From contig CBDUQR010000009.1 in the NCBI GenBank assembly GCA_965369655.1, forward strand, positions 1-64,000: 64,000 bases of DNA. The letters run 5' to 3'. The first letter of the stretch is position 1; every line of letters starts with the position of its first letter. Of the stretch, positions 18,665 to 27,104 are shown piece by piece. Both the position numbers and the translations under genes were made by a program. The DNA is from an uncultured bacterium. GTDB lineage: Bacteria > Zixibacteria > MSB-5A5 > JAABVY01 > JAHJOQ01. The notes under the pieces are model-generated. The model was not told where the DNA came from. It saw only the letters and a list, made by a program, of their open reading frames with translations, and did not search any database.

Positions 18665-20665
18665 CTAAAAGTCTCCGAGCCGCACATTGACGGAAATGTA
18701 TGCCTGAATATCGATGTAATCCGATGAGACGATTCTGACCGTTTGACCATCGGTGCCGGAGAAGGCGATCACCTGGCCGACATAGAGCGTATTGTTGTTG
18801 AGTACCTGAAGCTCTTCGCGGGTCAGCGAGAGCGTGGCGTCCGATCCGATGGAATCGATCACCAGACCCGATTCTCCGACAGTGCCCGAACGAACCTCGA
18901 CCGGACCGAGTATAACTTCGGGATCGTCGAACAGGGTCAGCGAATCTCCCCCGAGATAGACCGTAAGCGTGGCCGCCAGCGGCAGGTGGTTCGTCAGATG
19001 GATGTACGCTATGCCGCTGTTGAGCCGGTCGGTGTCTTCGTCGTCGATGTCGTCGAGATCAGCTTTGTTTATGTCGCTTTCAAATTCGGTCTCTCCGATT
19101 GTCATCTCCAGAGGCGAGGTAATCTCGACTGTCGCCCAGACGAAATCATTCTCGGTCACACTCCCGTGCGTGACGCCGTCACCGACCGTAGCCTGACCCG
19201 ACACGGTTATCTCGGACGGTATCGGATTCAGGAAGTCGGAGAGATCATCGACGACGATTGACGTTATCCCCGGATTCTCGACGGTTCCCAGAGTCAGGGT
19301 GCGGGAAATATCGAGTGTCTGACCGGCATCACCTTCGAGGTGGATTTCTATCTCGCTCGGAAAGTTGACGGCGCTGTGCAGCGTCATTGTCAGGACTGCA
19401 CTGGTAAGACTGAAGCTCTCGAAGCCGTCCGGGATTTCAACGGACTCGGTGATCGGATCGATCTCGACTTCCGTCGGCTGAATAACGCCCGATACCGATC
19501 TGAACGTGACGTTGTCGACCGTGATGTTGACTGCGAAATTATCGCTGGCAGAGACCTGGACCGCATCCTGACCGCTGCCCGGCAGGGAGACATTCATCTC
19601 GACGTTCACTGTCGGATGATCTTCTCCCTCTACCGGAGCGAATGTATATCCGGAGAGATCACGCGTAACGAACTCACTCTGCTGCGGCAGCAGGCTGACA
19701 GTGAAACTGAGCGGAACGCCGCCGAGCGTAAACTGATCGATCAACACATCGAGCTCGGCAGAGAGGTTGGTAACGTTATCTACCTGAATCTCAATCTGCC
19801 CGTCGCCGATTTCCGCAAGAGTGATCACGTTGTTATCCGTGAATGAAACGGACTGGTCATACGATTTTACTTGTGACGGAATGCGGGCAGTCGCCGATGA
19901 GACCGTGATCATATTTGAGAATTCCACCGTGATATTCACGCTGTTTTCTGATAGTATGAACAGTGTGCCGCCCGGAGTGTGGAGATACGCATCGAATGAA
20001 AACGAGTCGGAGATCGTCTTGCCCGACAGGTCGATTACCTCCGACTTCGTTTTACCGTCAGCAATTCCTCCGGCAAACGATGTCACACCGATCTGGCTCG
20101 AAGTCTCATCATCGATAATAGCGATCGTGACTGAGTCGAGCGGGAGACCGAAGTTGTTCTCGACAGTAATGATAAGCACACCGCTCTCGATCGTTGCAGT
20201 CTCGATTTCTGAAATCTGCGGAAGCTGTTTGATTGAGCTTATGCCGGTCGCGGGGACATCGCCGAGAATCAGCGGGATATGATCTTCGAGTAGAATCTGC
20301 TCGGAGACCGGATCCGGCGCCTGCAACTCGATCATGCCGAGTGTCTCGGAGAAACCGGTCGACAGGTCAGCCACAGACAGTCCTGCGTCTACGGCAACGG
20401 TATCGATTTCCTGATTGATCGTGAGTGAGATTTGCCCGGTTGAATCATAGGTGAGCGCATCCTCGGCGATGCGATCAACCAGTTCGAGCATATCGTAATG
20501 ATGATTAACCAACGGGACGACAATCTCGGTGTCCCAGCTCGGCGATTCGGGGCTCTGTAGACTGCACCCGTACAGGACTGTCAGCAGCAGTCCCACAACA
20601 ATCGCCCCGAGAAGGTGCGCACTCATTCGACCCCGACGGGCGTAATATCTTTGCAGCCCAATCAT
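18665..20665 (-). CDS. Hypothetical beta-rich lipoprotein
   Basis: Lipobox LYGC followed by P.SPSWDTEIVVPL; 666-aa ORF co-oriented with the barrel gene. Confidence 0.7.
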   Translation of the reverse strand: MIGLQRYYARRGRMSAHLLGAIVVGLLLTVLYGCSLQSPESPSWDTEIVVPLVNHHYDMLELVDRIAEDALTYDSTGQISLTINQEIDTVAVDAGLSVADLSTGFSETLGMIELQAPDPVSEQILLEDHIPLILGDVPATGISSIKQLPQISEIETATIESGVLIITVENNFGLPLDSVTIAIIDDETSSQIGVTSFAGGIADGKTKSEVIDLSGKTISDSFSFDAYLHTPGGTLFILSENSVNITVEFSNMITVSSATARIPSQVKSYDQSVSFTDNNVITLAEIGDGQIEIQVDNVTNLSAELDVLIDQFTLGGVPLSFTVSLLPQQSEFVTRDLSGYTFAPVEGEDHPTVNVEMNVSLPGSGQDAVQVSASDNFAVNITVDNVTFRSVSGVIQPTEVEIDPITESVEIPDGFESFSLTSAVLTMTLHSAVNFPSEIEIHLEGDAGQTLDISRTLTLGTVENPGITSIVVDDLSDFLNPIPSEITVSGQATVGDGVTHGSVTENDFVWATVEITSPLEMTIGETEFESDINKADLDDIDDEDTDRLNSGIAYIHLTNHLPLAATLTVYLGGDSLTLFDDPEVILGPVEVRSGTVGESGLVIDSIGSDATLSLTREELQVLNNNTLYVGQVIAFSGTDGQTVRIVSSDYIDIQAYISVNVRLGDF

Positions 20666-20714
20666 ATCATCCTCCCAGTCTGCCTGTTATTGCACTTTGA
20701 CCGAAAGCGTTTGA

Positions 20715-20731
20715 TTGCAACTGATATGCCA
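20715..20731 (-). promoter_or_regulatory. Putative sigma54 (-24/-12) promoter for the 20665-15650 operon
   Basis: Minus strand TGGCATATCAGTTGCAA, GG-N10-GC. Confidence 0.65.
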
Positions 20732-20855
20732 TCGTGTGGCGAGCATCCAAGCTGTGGAGCCGCTGGAGCTTAGCCCCACATTTCAGCATGAAACACGTCG
20801 GTTTTGGTGGGAGGACAGGTAGTTATTGTTGGATTGCTCCTACAGGCGGACTTGA

Positions 20856-20883
20856 GCAGGTCGAAACCCTTGTGGTTTCGACA
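20856..20883 (+). repeat. REP-like hairpin, inverted partner of 22306-22333
   Basis: GCAGGTCGAAACCCTTGTGGTTTCGACA; 26 of 28 nt match the reverse complement of the partner. Confidence 0.7.
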
Positions 20884-21126
20884 CCATCTTTGTATGTTCT
20901 CACGGTGATGAATATTCGACGCTATTTTGTGTTCTGGTAGGTTGTACGCCTGAGGCGTGTGACGTGCCGGAGCGCTATGGAAAAAAGAAGATATTGGAAC
21001 AGGTAGGGGAATCAAGGGAGAGGTCAACGAAACGTAGTTGTCAGAAGTCGGTCAAAAGCGCCGTGCGGTGGGCAAAGTCAGTTTCACCAGCACTTTTTCT
21101 GAAGCCATATCGAATGGAGTGTTAGC

Positions 21127-22035
21127 ATGTGTCAACTGTGGCAGGCTCTTAAGAACCGTGTGTTGAGGAGATTATTCAATTTCTTTGAGTCATTTGGCAT
21201 CCATGTTCTTCCGGTTCACTATTACAGTCCGATTCCAGATACAAGAGCACTCAAGCGGAACAAGGATATCTTCGAACGGAGATCAGATCTGCTAGGAGTT
21301 GAATTGAATGATGAAGCACAGGTTAGGCTGTTGAAGGAACTCTGCTCCAAGTACTACGAGGAATACAAACTTCTTCCGCTCGAGTTCACGGGTGATCCGA
21401 CAGATTACTATTTGAGCAATGGTAGCTTCGGGTTTGTAAGCGGCCAGATGCATTACTGTCTCATAAGACATTTCAAGCCAAAGAATGTGATTGAAGTCGG
21501 GTCGGGTGCTTCCACGTTGCTCACCCTGAAAGCGATTCGCCGAAATGATTCTGAGGCTGTATCTGTCACGAGATTTACGGCTGTCGAGCCGTATCCTGAA
21601 AAGTATCTGAATCGTCTGACCGACGACAATTTCACACTGGTCAAGAGTGAAATACAGGAAGTAACTGTCGACATGTTTGCTGACTTGAAAGACCGAGACC
21701 TTCTCTTCATTGATTCTAGTCACGTCTCAAAGTTCAACAGCGATGTCAATTTCCTGATGTTTGAAGCCTTACCCAGAATCGGAAAAGGCGCAATTGTCCA
21801 CATTCATGATATCCAGTTTCCTCTCGATTACTTCGAGTCCTACATCATAAAGGAGCATCACTTCTGGAACGAGCAGTACTTAGTACAGGCGTTTCTTATG
21901 TACAACAAAGAGTTTGAGGTGCTCTGGTGCGGCAGTTACATGACGTGGAAATATCCCGAGTTGTTGTCCGAACATTTCCCTCATTTTGACTTGTCACGCA
22001 TCTCCACGAGTCTCTATATCCGCAAGGTTGTCTAA
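21127..22035 (+). CDS. Class I SAM-dependent methyltransferase (Methyltransf_24-like)
   Basis: HYYSPIPD, VIEVGSGAST, DLLFIDSSH, VHIHDI, WNEQY. Confidence 0.85.
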   Translation: MCQLWQALKNRVLRRLFNFFESFGIHVLPVHYYSPIPDTRALKRNKDIFERRSDLLGVELNDEAQVRLLKELCSKYYEEYKLLPLEFTGDPTDYYLSNGSFGFVSGQMHYCLIRHFKPKNVIEVGSGASTLLTLKAIRRNDSEAVSVTRFTAVEPYPEKYLNRLTDDNFTLVKSEIQEVTVDMFADLKDRDLLFIDSSHVSKFNSDVNFLMFEALPRIGKGAIVHIHDIQFPLDYFESYIIKEHHFWNEQYLVQAFLMYNKEFEVLWCGSYMTWKYPELLSEHFPHFDLSRISTSLYIRKVV

Positions 22036-22164
22036 TATATGCTCCAGAATTATTGTGAATAGTTGAAGACTTAGACTTCTTCTCCCCTGCTGCAGGCGAC
22101 AGCCCGCTTGAGCACAGCAGCTATCGGGATTATCTGAGGGGTTGGAACAATGGCAATTCTCAGG

Positions 22165-22333
22165 TTATTCAAGGGCAGTGACCCGAAGCGAAGCGGTCCT
22201 GCCATTGAATGTGCTCACAGAGGCTGTGCCTCTGCGTCAATCGTCGGGGCATAGCCCCGACGAGCACTGAAATAGTCTTTCTTTCTTTTCGCGCCTTGCG
22301 CGAATTGTCGAAACCACAAGGGCTTCGACCTAC
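22165..22333. repeat. Cluster of REP-like hairpins
   Basis: GTGCTC..GAGCAC doublet (22211-22267) related to 44011-44065, plus TGTCGAAACCACAAGGGCTTCGACCTAC. Confidence 0.6.
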
Positions 22334-22415
22334 CCGACTGACCGTCAAGATCATTGACTTCGATCACGATCTGCGTATATTGCCAATATCACATATCACA
22401 TACAGGTGGCTAACC

Positions 22416-23363
22416 ATGAAGAAGTCGGGCAGGCTAATCTATATCATCAATCTGATTCGTAATAACCGGACATTGAATGCTGAAAAGCTGGCCGAGAGAT
22501 GCAACGTCACGCGTCGGACAATCTATCGCGATATCGTCGATCTCTCAGAAGCCAATATCCCGGTCTACTATGATCGCGGCTACAAAATGGCCACGAATAC
22601 TTTCATGCCGCCGCTCAATTTCGACATCGATGAATTTATCGCAGTTAAACTTGCCCTCGATAGCCATGTGCTCAACGAGAATTCGCCGTATGAGACCAGC
22701 TTGAAAAGAGCGAAGGTAAAGATCGTCACCGCTCTGAATGGAAGCATACCGACCGAACTGAAGACCAGGCCGCTCCGTTCTCGTATCCGTGGGACATCGA
22801 CCGATCGTTTCACGGAAGCACGAATCCTGCTGTTTAATCTTGTCGAAAAAGCAATCATGCAGAGCACAAGAATCGGGATCACCTACGAGGGACTCAAAGG
22901 CGGCAAATCGAACCGTGAAATCGATCCATATTACATCGTGTTCAGGAAACATGCGTTCTACTTGATTGCATTCTGCCATCTGAGGGGAGAATATCGGACG
23001 TTCAGAATAGGCAGGATCAAAGCCGTTACACTGCTCAGTGAGCGATTTGTCCGGGATGGCAGGTTCACTCTTGAATCGTATTTCAAAGATAGCTGGGAAG
23101 TGTTCACAGGGCCGCCGGTAGATGTCGAAATACGCTTCACTGGGCAGGCCGCGAGGATTGTGGCCACCGGCAGGCATCATAAGGGCGAGAAGATACAACA
23201 ACTGCGCAACGGCGATGTGATCTACAAGGTCACGACTGCGGGAACCGAGGAAATCAGCCTGTGGCTCAGGCAATTCGGCGCAGAGGCTAAGGTGGTGAAG
23301 CCCGAAGCTCTCAAATCCAGCCTCGCAGCCTTCTACACCGAAGCCACGAAATTGTACCGGTGA
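22416..23363 (+). CDS. YafY-type HTH + WYL + WCX transcriptional regulator
   Basis: LAERCNVTRRTIYRDI HTH; REIDPY..FYLIAFCHLRGEYRTFRIGRI; WLRQFGAEAKVVKPEAL. Confidence 0.9.
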   Translation: MKKSGRLIYIINLIRNNRTLNAEKLAERCNVTRRTIYRDIVDLSEANIPVYYDRGYKMATNTFMPPLNFDIDEFIAVKLALDSHVLNENSPYETSLKRAKVKIVTALNGSIPTELKTRPLRSRIRGTSTDRFTEARILLFNLVEKAIMQSTRIGITYEGLKGGKSNREIDPYYIVFRKHAFYLIAFCHLRGEYRTFRIGRIKAVTLLSERFVRDGRFTLESYFKDSWEVFTGPPVDVEIRFTGQAARIVATGRHHKGEKIQQLRNGDVIYKVTTAGTEEISLWLRQFGAEAKVVKPEALKSSLAAFYTEATKLYR

Positions 23364-23452
23364 GCATTCTGCTTTTTCCTTGAACTCGACGTATTCCAGT
23401 ATATATTGCAATGTTCTGAGTAGTTTTGTTACTGAGTTTATTGGAGAATCTT

Positions 23453-24010
23453 ATGATTAGCACTTCTGACTTTCGCAAGGGCCTGAGAATCAAAATAGAG
23501 GGACAGCCATACTACGTTGTCGATTTCCAGCATACGAAGGTTGCGCGCGGCGGCGCGACCGTGAAAACAAAACTCAAACACATCAAGACCGGCAATGTGA
23601 TCGACAGGACATTCAACGGCGGTGAGCAGTTCGAGAAGCCTGATTTCGACGACCGTAAGATGCAGTATATGTACAACGACGGCAACGAATGGAATTTCAT
23701 GGATGCCGCCACCTTCGATCAGATCGGGATTCCGAAAGACAAGCTTGGAGACAGTATCTGGTATCTGAAAGAAAACAACGAATACCATATTCTCTTCTTC
23801 GAGGGTGAACCGATATCTCTCGATCTTCCGCCTGCTGTTATCTTTGAGGTCACCGAAGCCGAGCCAGCAATCAAGGGCGACACAGTCAGCAACGTGATGA
23901 AAGGCGCGACTGTCGAGACCGGTCTCCAGGTCAAAGTGCCTATGTTCGTCAAGGTGGGCGACCGGATCAAGATTGACACGCGCGAAGGCAAATATATAGA
24001 GCGGGCGTAG
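23453..24010 (+). CDS. efp: Elongation factor P
   Basis: DFRKGL, GDTVS..KGATVETG..VKVPMFVKVGDRIKIDTR.GKYIERA. Confidence 0.95.
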   Translation: MISTSDFRKGLRIKIEGQPYYVVDFQHTKVARGGATVKTKLKHIKTGNVIDRTFNGGEQFEKPDFDDRKMQYMYNDGNEWNFMDAATFDQIGIPKDKLGDSIWYLKENNEYHILFFEGEPISLDLPPAVIFEVTEAEPAIKGDTVSNVMKGATVETGLQVKVPMFVKVGDRIKIDTREGKYIERA

Positions 24011-24679
24011 GTGAGCGAAACAAGCCAGATTTCCTCAAGCTACATCGGTACTGACGAGTCGGGCAAAGGGGACTATTTCGGGCCGTTGGTCGTTGCCGCC
24101 GTCCTTGTAACCGACGAAACGAAGGATGGACTGCTCGGGCTGGATGTCAAGGACTCGAAACGGACGACTGACAAGAAGGTTTGCAGGATTGCCGCTCGCA
24201 TCGAGGCCGAGTATCCATACTCGGTTGTCGCCGTAGGGGCTGAGAAGTACAACGATCTCTATTCGAAAATCCGCAACCTCAACAGATTACTCGCGTGGGC
24301 TCATGCTAGAGCTATCGAGAACCTGCTCGATAAATGCGACGTCAAGCTCGCTGTGACCGACCAGTTCGGAGATCCGAGATATGTCGAAAGCGCGCTTATG
24401 AAAAAGGGGCGCGAGATCAGGCTCGTGCAGGAAGTGCGAGCCGAGAAGTACATCGGAGTCGCGGCCGCCTCGATAGTCGCCAGAGCCAGGTTTCTCGGCT
24501 ATCTCGACCGATACGGCTCGGAGTACGATCTCAAGTTCCCCAAGGGCGCAGGCACGAATGTCGATGAAGCCGCCGCCGAATTCTGTCGGCGTTACAATCG
24601 CGGAGATCTCGGCAAGGTCGCCAAGCTTCACTTCAAGAACACCTCGAAAGTAGAACGTCTCTTGCAGGTCGGTCGGTAG
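24011..24679 (+). CDS. rnhC: Ribonuclease HIII (short form)
   Basis: IGTDESGKGDYFGPLVVAAV, VKDSK, DQF, VAAASIVAR, KLHFKN. Confidence 0.85.
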   Translation: MSETSQISSSYIGTDESGKGDYFGPLVVAAVLVTDETKDGLLGLDVKDSKRTTDKKVCRIAARIEAEYPYSVVAVGAEKYNDLYSKIRNLNRLLAWAHARAIENLLDKCDVKLAVTDQFGDPRYVESALMKKGREIRLVQEVRAEKYIGVAAASIVARARFLGYLDRYGSEYDLKFPKGAGTNVDEAAAEFCRRYNRGDLGKVAKLHFKNTSKVERLLQVGR

Positions 24680-24735
24680 CCCGGATTTTGTTACAACTGC
24701 CGGTTGACAATCGGCGTTCCAATATCGATTAGTGC

Positions 24736-24814
24736 GTGGCCGGCAGACCTCCCGGTCTGCCGCATTCCAGCGGTTGCCGACCCAACGGGGCAGACGAGGA
24801 CGTTTGCCGCCCAC
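24736..24814. repeat. REP-like doublet
   Basis: GGCAGACCTCCCGGTCTGCC .. GGGGCAGACGAGGACGTTTGCCGCCCAC; near-identical arms at 38992-39066. Confidence 0.8.
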
Positions 24815-24965
24815 AGTAACAGTATACTTCAGGTCTGGCTATGCGGCAGTTTCATGCTGAAACGGTCAGCGTATGGAGCTGCGCGCCAGCCTCTCCTATC
24901 TGCTTAATTGTCAATCGCTAAGTGACGATAAGATATGAGATGAGGTATATCTCTGAAGGGGAAGT

Positions 24966-26588
24966 ATGTCCGAACTAACGGTTGCGCTTGCGTTTGTGAT
25001 GCTGGTCGGCGTTTCTGCCGTCGTGTGGCGACGATATGATGCGTCACGTATTCAACTGCGGGGCTGCATGATGCAACTCAGCCTCGGGTTGACGCTCATC
25101 GCAGTCGGGATGGCTGTCGTACTCGTGGCGTCCACCGGTCAGGTTGATCGTGTTTTCAGCATTCCGCTGCGCACAATCGCAATATCAATTTCGATGATTG
25201 TCGGAGCGCTGATGGTGGTGAGCGCTGTGCTCCAGATACTGACTGTGTCAGCTCGATCATCTGAGCCATCGCTTGAAGCAGTCCGCGACGATGCGATCAG
25301 GCTTGCCATTCTGAAGGATGCGCATTCACAGCTTCTGACACTTGCGACATCAGGCTCCGAAATCTCAGAAACGCTTGCGACGGGTGGCCCGATGCTCAGG
25401 GCGTTTGTGAAGCATGACATGGTTTCCTTAGCAGTAGTCGATGATAAGCTTGCGGATATGAAAAGATATTCTGTCACGGACTCGGGCAATCGGATACTGG
25501 AGAGAGGTCTGTCGTTCCCGGTTTCCGATACCGCCGTCGAGCAGGTGGTCGAATCGCACAAAGCAAGTATCACCGGCGCGCTCAGTGGAGTCCGGTACCG
25601 AGATGATGCCTGGCTGACGAAGTGCGGGTTCAGGTCGCGCATATCCGTGCCTGTTGTTCAGAACGACCGAGTAATGGGCGTGCTGTCGTTCGTCTCAATG
25701 TCTGAGCATGCATACTCCGATGATGATATCTCGCGGGCATCGATGCTGACCGATGTCTTCGCAGTTGCGATAAAGCTGTCCAGCGCAGAGCGCAAACTCA
25801 AGTCTTTCAGATCGCATGTCACTGAGTCCTGGGAGTTGTTGTCGCGGATGGTCGCTTCCGGCGACATCGGCAGCTTCCAGCGCGAACTTGTAAAATACTT
25901 CACCGACACTCTGCCTGCAACATGCTGCCGGCTGTCAGTCTATGAGAAATTCTCCGGCACACTGACATGTTTAGCCGAACATTACAGGCGCAGACATAGC
26001 GCCGGATCAAATAGGATGACGACCCCTGTTCGCATCGACAGAATGCCCTGTCACAGCTCGGCAGTCCGGTCAGAGGAAGTTGTCGTGTTCAATCAATCTG
26101 ACAGAAAGAGAACCATGACCGACGAAGAAGTCGGACTTGGATTCCCGGACAGCATGCATTCAGGGATGATTCTTCCTCTGAAAATAGGCGGCAGAGTTCG
26201 TGGGATCATCTCCGTTGGAGAGATACGCGAGTGGAAACGTCGGTCGTTTTCGTCCGATGACATAGCCTGCGCCGAAATGATGGCAGCCCAGGCGTCACTC
26301 GCAATCGCTATGTCGGAGTCAGATGCTCGAGGTGTCTCGATTCCGGAACCCGGTAACATTTCCATTGATGACGGGTTGCTGTCTCTTGTTAACAGACGCA
26401 TGGTCAGTCCGCTCTCTTCCATACTTGGCGCGACAGAATTGCTCGAAAAAGAAGCAGAGCCTGACAAAGGGAAATCTCAGGAATATGTCGCGATCATCAG
26501 ACGCAATGTCGAGAAGGCGGTGAAGGCGCTCGATGAATTCAGAGAACTGAGAAAGCTGTCAGATACTGGTAATAACGTCTATCGGTAA
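24966..26588 (+). CDS. Membrane protein with two GAF domains and a His-less DHp-like C-terminus
   Basis: Three TM segments, SRISVPVVQNDRVMGVL, MILPLKIGGRVRGII, VNRRMVSPLSSILG. Confidence 0.75.
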   Translation: MSELTVALAFVMLVGVSAVVWRRYDASRIQLRGCMMQLSLGLTLIAVGMAVVLVASTGQVDRVFSIPLRTIAISISMIVGALMVVSAVLQILTVSARSSEPSLEAVRDDAIRLAILKDAHSQLLTLATSGSEISETLATGGPMLRAFVKHDMVSLAVVDDKLADMKRYSVTDSGNRILERGLSFPVSDTAVEQVVESHKASITGALSGVRYRDDAWLTKCGFRSRISVPVVQNDRVMGVLSFVSMSEHAYSDDDISRASMLTDVFAVAIKLSSAERKLKSFRSHVTESWELLSRMVASGDIGSFQRELVKYFTDTLPATCCRLSVYEKFSGTLTCLAEHYRRRHSAGSNRMTTPVRIDRMPCHSSAVRSEEVVVFNQSDRKRTMTDEEVGLGFPDSMHSGMILPLKIGGRVRGIISVGEIREWKRRSFSSDDIACAEMMAAQASLAIAMSESDARGVSIPEPGNISIDDGLLSLVNRRMVSPLSSILGATELLEKEAEPDKGKSQEYVAIIRRNVEKAVKALDEFRELRKLSDTGNNVYR

Positions 26589-26600
26589 GGTTATCCGGCG

Positions 26601-27104
26601 ATGACTGGTCATTCGGATTTCAGAACTGTGCTGAGCGACAAGTATGGATTGGACTTTGACGACTGTCAGGCAGTTACCGAAGCGGCAGAGTTTATCTCTT
26701 TCGCAAAGGATCTGTACGATGCGGAGAGCAGCCGAAAGAACGTGCGCATTCTTGTGGCGACTGAAGTTGTCGGGCAGGATATCGCGGCGGGAATTCCCGA
26801 CGCCAACGTTCGCTACGTGAGAGACGCTGTCTCTGCCGCAGCGGCGTTGATCGAAGAGCCGGTGGATCTTCTTGTGTGCGACCTGACAGTGCTCCTCGAT
26901 CCAGTGGTACGGGATATTTGTCGGAGAGGCGGTGCGCACTGCAGGATTGCGCTCTTGTCGACATGGGGCGGGCAGATACTCAGTCACTCTGATCTGCTCT
27001 CTGAGTCGGACAGGATCATTCCAATGGATCGCGTGGGCGTTGAACTGTCCGAATTTGTTCACGAGATGTCGGCAGAAGGATGGATTGAGCGTCAACATGA
27101 GTGA
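26601..27104 (+). CDS. Degenerate receiver-like protein
   Basis: VRILVA..PVDLLVCDL..IALLSTWG; fills the gap between coupled genes. Confidence 0.55.
   Translation: MTGHSDFRTVLSDKYGLDFDDCQAVTEAAEFISFAKDLYDAESSRKNVRILVATEVVGQDIAAGIPDANVRYVRDAVSAAAALIEEPVDLLVCDLTVLLDPVVRDICRRGGAHCRIALLSTWGGQILSHSDLLSESDRIIPMDRVGVELSEFVHEMSAEGWIERQHE

Noticed and set aside
20666-21126. tRNA or known ncRNA in this and other long intergenic gaps
   Set aside because: No cloverleaf or T-loop signature recognised; an Rfam/tRNAscan run would be needed to exclude one fully
21127-23363. Methyltransferase + WYL as an anti-phage defence system
   Set aside because: The methyltransferase lacks DNA-MTase motifs (no DPPY/NPPY or PC), and no nuclease or effector is adjacent
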